A DNA stretch of 20,000 bases from an uncultured virus (IMG/VR IMGVR_UViG_3300035670_000136) (taxonomy: Duplodnaviria; Heunggongvirae; Uroviricota; Caudoviricetes), in IMG/VR virus record IMGVR_UViG_3300035670_000136; one strand, given 5' to 3'. The notes beneath the pieces were generated by a model. The model saw nothing but the letters and a program-made list of their open reading frames with translations, did not search any database and was not told the origin of the DNA. The position numbers were made by a program, and so were the translations under genes. Shown here piece after piece: positions 7,806-14,427 of this stretch (positions within the stretch are counted from its first letter, which is position 1; each line of letters starts with the position of its first letter).

Positions 7806-8392
7806 AAGCGTTGTGGTCACATACACAAGCGTTCACACCAAGTCAGTGCGAGCAGATTATCAATTCTGCTAAAAAGCAAAAACCATCTTGGGCACAAACA
7901 GGCGGCACTCCTGAATTAAAGAAAACGTTTGAACACAGAAGAAGTAAACTTGTTTGGATACCAGAAAATCATCCTGAACTTCATTTTGTTCATAGAGTGT
8001 TTTGGGGTATTGTGACACGTATGAACAATGAATACTTTAAAGCGCATATAACATCTTTACCACCTTTGCAATTTACTCAATACTCAGAACAATATCAGGG
8101 CGAATATAAATTGCATATGGATTTAGATTGGCTGGATGCTAATGGTATTGCATCGCAGTATGGTCATCAAAGAAAGGTCTCTGCCATTGTTCAACTTTCA
8201 GATCCAAATACTTACGAAGGTGGTGATTTCGAATTTGGTCATGAAGTTCGCGAAAAACCAAATTGTCATGAAATACGCAAACAAGGCACACTCATGGCAT
8301 TTCCGTCCTTTCTTCATCATGGCGTTCGACCTGTAACGAAAGGCAAACGGTACAGTCTTGTTGGGTGGTTTGAAGGTCCTCCCTGGCGCTGA
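7802..8392 (+). CDS. 2OG-Fe(II) oxygenase, tandem paralog of the previous gene
   Basis: HMD...RKVS...YEGGDF...FPSFLHHGV.PVTKGKRYSLVGWFEGP; shares LPPLQFT and RYSLVGWFEGP with the upstream gene. Confidence 0.9.
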   Translation: MKALWSHTQAFTPSQCEQIINSAKKQKPSWAQTGGTPELKKTFEHRRSKLVWIPENHPELHFVHRVFWGIVTRMNNEYFKAHITSLPPLQFTQYSEQYQGEYKLHMDLDWLDANGIASQYGHQRKVSAIVQLSDPNTYEGGDFEFGHEVREKPNCHEIRKQGTLMAFPSFLHHGVRPVTKGKRYSLVGWFEGPPWR

Positions 8393-8461
8393 CGTAAGTT
8401 ATTGATTTTATTAGGATTTTTACCCGTTGACTTTTAGAGTAAAATCAACGATAATTGTTCT
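8393..8461 (+). promoter_or_regulatory. Sigma70-type early promoter with upstream 31-bp box containing an IHF consensus (copy 1)
   Basis: CGTAAGTTATTGATTTTATTAGGATTTTTAC (8393-8423); TTGACT(8427-32)-17 bp-GATAAT(8450-55); ATG 6 nt after the -10 box. Confidence 0.75.
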
Positions 8462-8722
8462 ATGGTAAATGAAAAAGCCTACGCCCAAGGCTATAGGGCA
8501 GCAGTCATCAAGTCAATTAACAACCTTAAAGCCGAAGCCATTAGGCTCGGATTCGATTTTCCCACAGATTTTAAGCCTGAAAATTCAACGGCAGACGTCG
8601 ACGAACTAGTATATTTTCAGGCTGAAATGCTCGAATACATCTACGAACACCTAGAATTCGAGTCGATTTTATACAATCCTGAAGCCATGCCGCAGGACGT
8701 TGATAGGGCTCTTTTTCACTAA
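8462..8722 (+). CDS. Hypothetical protein (acidic, probably early)
   Basis: 86-aa ORF immediately after the promoter; no SD. Confidence 0.7.
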   Translation: MVNEKAYAQGYRAAVIKSINNLKAEAIRLGFDFPTDFKPENSTADVDELVYFQAEMLEYIYEHLEFESILYNPEAMPQDVDRALFH

Positions 8723-8734
8723 AACATCTGTTGT

Positions 8735-8802
8735 CGTAAGTTGTTGATTCTATTAGGGTTTTTACTATTGCGTTTTTCAGGGCATTTTGCTATAATAGTC
8801 TT
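8735..8802 (+). promoter_or_regulatory. Sigma70-type early promoter with upstream 31-bp box (copy 2)
   Basis: CGTAAGTTGTTGATTCTATTAGGGTTTTTAC (8735-65; 28/31 identical to copy 1); TTGCGT(8768-73)-17 bp-TATAAT(8791-96) with extended TGn; ATG 6 nt later. Confidence 0.8.
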
Positions 8803-9072
8803 ATGAAATACGAAAACACTGTAAAAGTAGGTGACGTCGTCAAGTCTCTTGACTTCGTTGGTATCAACGACTGTTATTATGTCGGTCTCGTGGTCGGCAT
8901 CAGTGACATGGACGGCACTTTCCGTGCCAAGACCATCAAGCGTGTGTGGCAGGGTAAGTTGGACAAGAAATTTCCGTCTGACTTCTTCACTGCTCCGCTT
9001 CTTGGCAACCATTTCTTCGACGACATGGCTGAAGAAAAGGGTGCCGCTCCTCGCATTCAGGTGGTTGCCTAA
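8803..9072 (+). CDS. Hypothetical protein (beta-rich; similar to 9529..9792)
   Basis: 89-aa ORF, first gene after promoter copy 2. Confidence 0.75.
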   Translation: MKYENTVKVGDVVKSLDFVGINDCYYVGLVVGISDMDGTFRAKTIKRVWQGKLDKKFPSDFFTAPLLGNHFFDDMAEEKGAAPRIQVVA

Positions 9073-9296
9073 TGAATATCGATGACCGACATGGTAGTCC
9101 GTATGATCGTGGTCGCGCTGACAGTTATTATCGTCGCGCTCGAAGTCCGCACTATATGAAAAGTGACATCAATGGCTATGTGACTTTCAATAGTGCTCGC
9201 GTGTCCGAGAAAGACATGACTGCGCAACAAATTGTTGAGTACAATCTTGGCTTCGACGAGAACGAGGCAGAACAAAATTTCAAGGAGTGGGAGTGA
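9072..9296 (+). CDS. Hypothetical phage protein (HGSPYDRGRADSYY motif)
   Basis: 74 aa; TAATG coupling to the upstream gene. Confidence 0.75.
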   Translation: MNIDDRHGSPYDRGRADSYYRRARSPHYMKSDINGYVTFNSARVSEKDMTAQQIVEYNLGFDENEAEQNFKEWE

Positions 9297-9298
9297 TT

Positions 9299-9529
9299 AT
9301 GAAAGTGCAAACTGAAACGATTTTGTCTGAAGCGATTGACCTTGTTGATGGTGTCGATCATGTTTTGGCAAACACGATGACGCAGTACGATCTGAGTAGC
9401 CGAGATTGCTACAGCATGGCAGATCGACTTGAGCGTGCGCGCAACATTCTTCTGACGATCGGCGATCGTGTGTATCGTGATGAGCGTCGTTCGCAGACTG
9501 TTGACATTATTGACGGAGTGCCATTCTAA
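9299..9529 (+). CDS. Hypothetical protein
   Basis: ATG at 9299 after GGAG; 76 aa, helical. Confidence 0.7.
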   Translation: MKVQTETILSEAIDLVDGVDHVLANTMTQYDLSSRDCYSMADRLERARNILLTIGDRVYRDERRSQTVDIIDGVPF

Positions 9530-9792
9530 TGACAGCGAAGTCTAAATTTGAATCTGCGATTAATGTTGGTGAATGCATCAAAGCATACGACATTATGCCA
9601 AGAACAGGCGTTGAATGTTATGTTGTTGGTGTGGTTCGCGAGATTAAAGTTGTAGACGACGTTAAAGTCTTTTTGATTGACTGTGTGTATGACAGTTTCG
9701 CAAATAACGACTTCACACGTGCTGGTAAGCAAGTCAAGGTTCCAGTAGCATTGTCGAAGTTTGAATTTGATCATAGAATACAAAAGGTGTAA
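9529..9792 (+). CDS. Hypothetical protein (paralog-like to 8803..9072)
   Basis: 87 aa; TAATG coupling; shared K[YF]E..V/INVG..K..D....CY.VG.V..I pattern. Confidence 0.75.
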   Translation: MTAKSKFESAINVGECIKAYDIMPRTGVECYVVGVVREIKVVDDVKVFLIDCVYDSFANNDFTRAGKQVKVPVALSKFEFDHRIQKV

Positions 9793-9793
9793 T

Positions 9794-10027
9794 ATGGGTT
9801 ATTTTAAAAATTTAGAAATTGATGTAATTGAGATGCATCGCCATGATGGTCTTAAGGAAACAGAGATCGCTAAGATCACTGGTCTTACTTTGAGCGAAGT
9901 CAATGAGATTCTCGCTGCGTATGAAAATCGTGACATGGACTACAGTGAGAATGATGGCGATATGGTCAGTTACGATGATCTCGTTTTTGATCCAGGTGAT
10001 ATTGACTATAATGCGGAGCACTACTGA
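9794..10027 (+). CDS. Putative helix-turn-helix protein with acidic tail
   Basis: GLKETEIAKITGLTLSEVNEIL is HTH-like; ATG at 9794 follows AAGGTG. Confidence 0.65.
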   Translation: MGYFKNLEIDVIEMHRHDGLKETEIAKITGLTLSEVNEILAAYENRDMDYSENDGDMVSYDDLVFDPGDIDYNAEHY

Positions 10028-10248
10028 TGGAAGATTTAAGAACTGTGTTTGATAATCAAACGTCAATACAAATGTCTAAAGTTGTAGAACACTCGCGCGC
10101 TTTGGAAGCGATGGGTTGTGCTGTGATTGTTTTTACTCCAGAGGAATTGCGTGGTGCAAAGCCAAGCAAAGTTGAAGAACGTTTGGTTGAACTCGGCTGG
10201 GAAGTGATTGATGATCTTGCCACCGAACCGAGAGAGGGTGAATTATAA
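10027..10248 (+). CDS. Hypothetical protein (paralog of 10456..10695)
   Basis: CAVIVFTPEELRGA...VEERLVELGWEVIDDLAT. Confidence 0.75.
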   Translation: MEDLRTVFDNQTSIQMSKVVEHSRALEAMGCAVIVFTPEELRGAKPSKVEERLVELGWEVIDDLATEPREGEL

Positions 10249-10463
10249 TGGTTGATGAAATCCTAGTTGAACTTGAGAGTTTACTTAAAAGTCACGACTG
10301 GTATTATGAATTCAACGACGATACTGATGCGTGGCAAAGGGGGAATCGAAATAACTTGCGGATTCATAATCTTTTAGGTACACTTGAGTCTATGGGTCAC
10401 AGGAAGATTGGCGTCAAGTTGTACGATCAATACTGCCCATGGGGTTTGAAACGAGATGAGTGA
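10248..10463 (+). CDS. Hypothetical protein (L..HDWYY motif)
   Basis: 71 aa; coupled to or overlapping neighbours on both sides. Confidence 0.7.
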   Translation: MVDEILVELESLLKSHDWYYEFNDDTDAWQRGNRNNLRIHNLLGTLESMGHRKIGVKLYDQYCPWGLKRDE

Positions 10464-10695
10464 GTTGTGGGAACGAATTCCGTACAGGAGTGAAGTTATG
10501 AATCTTGGTACTATTGAAACTCTTGAGTTGTTAAGCGAACTTCGTCGACGCGATTGTGCTGTTGTTTGTTTTGTTGCAGATGAATTGCGAGGCGCTGACC
10601 CCGATCAAGTTGAAGATCGTTTGATTGAACTTGGTTGGGGTGTAATTGATTCTCTTGCTACAGATGTGAGCGAGGATGAAGAAGATGACGAATGA
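10456..10695 (+). CDS. Hypothetical protein (paralog of 10027..10248)
   Basis: CAVVCFVADELRGA...VEDRLIELGWGVIDSLAT; an alternative start at ATG 10498 has a GGAG SD. Confidence 0.75.
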   Translation: MSELWERIPYRSEVMNLGTIETLELLSELRRRDCAVVCFVADELRGADPDQVEDRLIELGWGVIDSLATDVSEDEEDDE

Positions 10696-10906
10696 ATATA
10701 GACGTTCTGTTCTTGCACCAAGAGCAAGAGAACCGTTTGATCCGAGCAATAGCAGACACATGCTTGACTTTGCTCGCTTTGTGAAGTACAATACTTGGAG
10801 AGATGGTTGTTCGTATTATCTTGAGGATCCGTATACGGATATTCCCTCGATGATTCGAGCGAAGATTGCCGATTACACTTTATCTAAATTGGTAGAAAAA
10901 GTCTAA
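10685..10906 (+). CDS. Hypothetical phage protein
   Basis: REPFDPSN..H...F......W..GC..YLEDPY..IP.MI; 73 aa from ATG 10685. Confidence 0.75.
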   Translation: MTNEYRRSVLAPRAREPFDPSNSRHMLDFARFVKYNTWRDGCSYYLEDPYTDIPSMIRAKIADYTLSKLVEKV

Positions 10907-10907
10907 T

Positions 10908-11078
10908 ATGGAATTCTTGATTGTACTGCTGCTCTTTCTTTTATTGCCATTTCTTTTATTGAAATTTTTCTTTTCAGTAATTAGTTTTATCTGGCAGTAC
11001 ATCGGAACATTGTTTGTTGTTTTGATCATATTACTTTTTTATTCTTGTAGTTCAGCAGTGGAGTTATTAAATGTCTAA
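10908..11078 (+). CDS. Small very hydrophobic membrane protein (56 aa), not in the ORF track
   Basis: MEFLIVLLLFLLLPFLLLKFFFSVISFIWQYIGTLFVVLIILLFYSCSSAVELLNV*; ATG 1 nt after the upstream stop; fills the gap. Confidence 0.55.
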   Translation: MEFLIVLLLFLLLPFLLLKFFFSVISFIWQYIGTLFVVLIILLFYSCSSAVELLNV

Positions 11079-11259
11079 AGAAGATTTCGAAGTTTTGCCT
11101 CGCGGAACAACTGAAGAACTGAGAGTGTTGCGTCGATTTGTAAATGAAATGCTTGCATTGGCTGCGATTCACGATATGCCAGTACCGCATGAGATGCGCG
11201 CTAAACTCGACACCGTTGCTCGTTTCTATAACGAACATGTGGAGAAGTATCCGCTATGA
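11071..11259 (+). CDS. Hypothetical protein
   Basis: 62 aa; GGAG SD. Confidence 0.7.
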   Translation: MSKEDFEVLPRGTTEELRVLRRFVNEMLALAAIHDMPVPHEMRAKLDTVARFYNEHVEKYPL

Positions 11260-11576
11260 TGATCTATTGCGCTGCGCGTTTCAAACCAAAGAAGAAGCGT
11301 AAGCCAAAAGGTGTGATTGCGAAGAAGTATAACAAAAGCGCGGCAATTCTCGGAGTAGAGAAACTTCCGCGCCTTGAATATGGTTCACGAGTTGGGGCTG
11401 ATGCTGCTCGCAGTGTTCAGTCGCTCAATTCTGATAAAATCTTTACAGAAAAAAGAGAGAGCCTGATGTATACAGGCGAAAGAAAATTGTTGGGTGTGGC
11501 TGTAATGCATAAATCAAATTTGGTTCCAGTATTCGATCAAAAAGAGGCTGAAGAAATTTCTAAGATGAGACGCTAG
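11256..11576 (+). CDS. Basic hypothetical phage protein (C-terminal YTG...MHKSN.VPV...ISxMRR)
   Basis: 106 aa, Lys/Arg-rich; 3' end overlaps the convergent HNH gene. Confidence 0.8.
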   Translation: MMIYCAARFKPKKKRKPKGVIAKKYNKSAAILGVEKLPRLEYGSRVGADAARSVQSLNSDKIFTEKRESLMYTGERKLLGVAVMHKSNLVPVFDQKEAEEISKMRR

Positions 11577-12114
11577 AACAATTTGAAAAATGCCATCGAT
11601 TCATTGAACTTTTTTGCCCTTGTTTACCGCAATTAGGGCATTTTACTGTTTGTCCAAAAGGATGTTTTTGTTCTTCGATCAATTTCTTGCTTCTTTTCCC
11701 TACAACTTCTGCGTGTTTTTTAGATTGCCAATGATGTAATCTCGAAGCAACTAAAGATCTTTGTGTAATATCGGCAGGTCTGTTCCCGACATTTTGTTGA
11801 AAGTGATGAGTCCCTAATTTGACTTTTTTTCTAGATGGATTATTATCGCCTAAAAAATTATGCGTTTTGGTCGCTAATCTTTCTAAGTTTGAAATTTTAG
11901 AACCTTCGCTTTGTAGAAATTTTATGATGTCACCTTTATTCATTTGTCCAGATAAACCTTTCCAGGCTGCGAAATCTTCAGGACAACCGTATTGTTCGAA
12001 CAACTTTCGATGCGCTTCGGCATGCTCTTCGACAGTGAGTTCGATGATATTTGATGGGTCGTCAGTGCCGCCCATGTGTTTTGGTATGATATGATGCTTG
12101 TGATATATACACAT
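11560..12114 (-). CDS. Free-standing HNH homing endonuclease with C-terminal Zn finger
   Basis: HHIIPKHMGGTDDPSNIIELTVEEHAEAH (HNH); C-terminal CPNCGK...MNRWHFSNC; the only credible minus-strand gene; has its own promoter and SD. Confidence 0.88.
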   Translation of the reverse strand: MCIYHKHHIIPKHMGGTDDPSNIIELTVEEHAEAHRKLFEQYGCPEDFAAWKGLSGQMNKGDIIKFLQSEGSKISNLERLATKTHNFLGDNNPSRKKVKLGTHHFQQNVGNRPADITQRSLVASRLHHWQSKKHAEVVGKRSKKLIEEQKHPFGQTVKCPNCGKQGQKSSMNRWHFSNCSSVSS

Positions 12115-12185
12115 GTTGATACTCCATAGTAGTATTAAAGTCGGTGGATGGTAGTAACATCGCGATCGACACCTTTATTTATACA
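12112..12185 (-). promoter_or_regulatory. Late promoter plus structured leader (copy 2) of the HNH gene
   Basis: Minus strand: TGTATAAATA-aaggt-GTCGAT-cgc-GATG-ttactac-CATC-c-ACCGAC-ttta-ATACT-actatgg-AGTAT-caac-ATG. Confidence 0.8.
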
Positions 12186-12208
12186 TCTCTCGCATGCGGC
12201 GAGGTTAA
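12185..12208 (+). pseudogene. Orphaned 3' end of the 11256..11576 gene (ISRMRRG*)
   Basis: ATC TCT CGC ATG CGG CGA GGT TAA mirrors the gene's current terminus ISKMRR* on the other side of the HNH cassette. Confidence 0.65.
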
Positions 12209-12222
12209 CATAGGAGATTTTT

Positions 12223-12432
12223 ATGGGTATTCATAAACAAGCTGCTGTTGAAACTGTGAAGTCTGTTGCAGTACTTTTTGCTGCTGGTGTTGTATTTTAT
12301 TTTTTGTTGAGCATTCTTGGTCCCAAATTGGGATTATTGTTCATGCTTGTGAGTATGATTGGTTGGTTTACTTGGCTGACTTACAGTTTTTATGTTGATA
12401 AGTTTACTATGCAGGATAAGTTCAAGTTGTAA
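12223..12432 (+). CDS. Small two-TM membrane protein
   Basis: Two hydrophobic segments; AGGAG SD. Confidence 0.75.
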   Translation: MGIHKQAAVETVKSVAVLFAAGVVFYFLLSILGPKLGLLFMLVSMIGWFTWLTYSFYVDKFTMQDKFKL

Positions 12433-12614
12433 TGCGAAGCCCATGTAAAGGGATATGCAAAATGAACACCCGAAGCGGTTTCTGCCTCGGGTGTTTTCGC
12501 ACACTTCAAGAAATTTCACAATGGACGAAAATGACTCACGATGAGAAGAAGTCTGTTGTAAGAGAATGCGAAGAAAGAGAACGAAAAGCAAACAAAGGAA
12601 GTTGCCGTAGATGA
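12432..12614 (+). CDS. DUF1289-like Cys-rich small protein
   Basis: SPCKGICKM.....CLGCFRTLQEI..W pattern. Confidence 0.8.
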   Translation: MRSPCKGICKMNTRSGFCLGCFRTLQEISQWTKMTHDEKKSVVRECEERERKANKGSCRR

Positions 12615-12874
12615 GCACACTTAAATCAGTAACACCAAAATATGACATTACATGGTACGTCAAATGGACTGCCAGTTTCATCACATTAATTGGGATTACA
12701 GTTAGAGCCAGCGGTCTGATTCAATTTCAATGGATTGATTTAATCTGCAGTTGGATTGGTGCCGTTGGTTGGTTTTACGTCGGATTTAAATGGAATGATC
12801 GCGCATTGATGATATTGAATGGCGTAATTGGCGTTATATTGTTTGCGGGAATATTGCGAGTTACCTTTCAGTGA
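12611..12874 (+). CDS. Small three-TM membrane protein
   Basis: WYVKW..S...IG...W..VG..WNDRALMILN; hydrophobic. Confidence 0.75.
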   Translation: MSTLKSVTPKYDITWYVKWTASFITLIGITVRASGLIQFQWIDLICSWIGAVGWFYVGFKWNDRALMILNGVIGVILFAGILRVTFQ

Positions 12875-12913
12875 CGACTAAATATATCATACAATGTCAC
12901 TGATGGATTTTTT

Positions 12914-13666
12914 ATGATTAATGAATTAGATCTTCTCTCATTATCCGAGAAGTTTAAAACTGCATTGCCATTCAATCATGTCGTGATTGATAACTTCTTC
13001 GAAGAAGAACTTGCCGTTAAGATTGCAGAAGAATTTCCAAAACACAATTCTGATGTTTGGACTGTTGCATACGATAATCCTGTTGAAGTAAAGAAAGCAT
13101 GTTCGCACTGGGATAAATTTCCAGCGAGTATCTACTCTGCATTATACTACCTTTGTAGCAAAGAATTTGTAGATAAGTTACAAGTCATTACTGGTATAGA
13201 TGAGGTGCATGCAGATTATGGGCTTCACGGCGGAGGAATGCATTCGCACTGTCGTGGCGGTAAATTGAACATTCATAAGGACTATTCTGTGCATCCAAAA
13301 CTTCCATTGCGCAGAAACTTCAATGTCATTGTATACATGACTCCAGACTGGCAAGCAGACTGGGGCGGCGGAATAGAGTTCTGGTCGCACGACTACGAAA
13401 AAAATCTCCCCAAAGAGTGTTATGCGCGATACGAAAACAAATTTAATCGTGCAGTTATTTTCGATACAACTCATAATTCTTGGCATGGACTGCCAGATGA
13501 ATTGACCTGCCCACCAGAAGTGGCTAGAATGAGTCTTGCAACATATTATCTCACTCCAATTACTCTCGAAACAGAAACGAGAAAGAAAGCGTTCTTCACG
13601 CCTCATAAAGATCAATATAACGACCCTAGCATTATGGAATTTTGTAAAAAGAGAAGTCAAATATGA
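12914..13666 (+). CDS. 2OG-Fe(II) oxygenase
   Basis: PFNHVVIDNF, LHGGGMH, LNIHKD (HxD), WGGGIEFW, FNRAVIF.T...SWHG.P, R.SLATYY. Confidence 0.9.
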   Translation: MINELDLLSLSEKFKTALPFNHVVIDNFFEEELAVKIAEEFPKHNSDVWTVAYDNPVEVKKACSHWDKFPASIYSALYYLCSKEFVDKLQVITGIDEVHADYGLHGGGMHSHCRGGKLNIHKDYSVHPKLPLRRNFNVIVYMTPDWQADWGGGIEFWSHDYEKNLPKECYARYENKFNRAVIFDTTHNSWHGLPDELTCPPEVARMSLATYYLTPITLETETRKKAFFTPHKDQYNDPSIMEFCKKRSQI

Positions 13667-14427
13667 AAGTAAGTATTATCACGGCAAGTATTGGTAATCC
13701 TCATCTGGCTGAATGTATAAAGTCAGTTCGCGAACAAACATATAAAGATATTGAACATCTTGTATTTGTAGATGGAAATGAACGATGGGGCGCAGTGAAT
13801 GGTATACTTTATGATTTAAATTTTCCTGTTGGCGCCGAACGTGGAGCACTGTCAAACGAACATGTCTGCGTTCTTCCGTATGCGACAGGCACTGATCGTT
13901 ATAATGGTCATCGTGTGTATGGCGCTGCGACCTTTGTTGCAAATGGCGACTTCTTTATCTTCCTGGATGAAGACAATGCGCTCGAACCAGATCATGTTGA
14001 AAAATTAGTTGCACTTGTTAAGGAAAACAATTTAGATTGGGCATTCTCACTGAGAAAGATTATTGGCCAGAAAAGTGAATTTATTTGTTTAGATGATTGC
14101 GAAAGTCTTGGTAAGTGGGCATCGGTGTTGGATCCAAGAGACTTCTTCATCGATGTAAATTGTTACTTCATTAAGAAACAAGTTGCGGTTGGAATGGCTC
14201 CTGTTTGGTATCGCAAATTTAGAGAACCTGGTCAACCTGAGATTGATCGCGTCATTGCTGCCATGTTGATGCACCCAAATAACAAATTAAAATTTGACGG
14301 TGTTATGGACTATACGGTAAAATATCGAGTAGGCAACACAGGTCTTTCCGTTCAGGGTGAGTTTTTCTTAAACGGAAATGAAGTTATGATGAAGAGATAC
14401 AACGGAGAGTTACCGTGGAAACGTTAA
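13663..14427 (+). CDS. Glycosyltransferase, GT2/GT-A fold
   Basis: MKVSIIT, SV.EQTY, VFVDG, FIFLDEDN (DxD). Confidence 0.9.
   Translation: MKVSIITASIGNPHLAECIKSVREQTYKDIEHLVFVDGNERWGAVNGILYDLNFPVGAERGALSNEHVCVLPYATGTDRYNGHRVYGAATFVANGDFFIFLDEDNALEPDHVEKLVALVKENNLDWAFSLRKIIGQKSEFICLDDCESLGKWASVLDPRDFFIDVNCYFIKKQVAVGMAPVWYRKFREPGQPEIDRVIAAMLMHPNNKLKFDGVMDYTVKYRVGNTGLSVQGEFFLNGNEVMMKRYNGELPWKR

Noticed and set aside
8393..8765. CRISPR repeats or att sites
   Set aside because: Only two imperfect copies 342 bp apart, each phased to a -35 box; better explained as promoter elements.
11560..12185. IscB/HEARO-type RNA-guided nuclease or group I intron
   Set aside because: The protein is only 184 aa with no RuvC or PLMP motifs, the adjacent RNA is ~55 nt, the gene is antisense to the host gene, and there is no room for an intron core.
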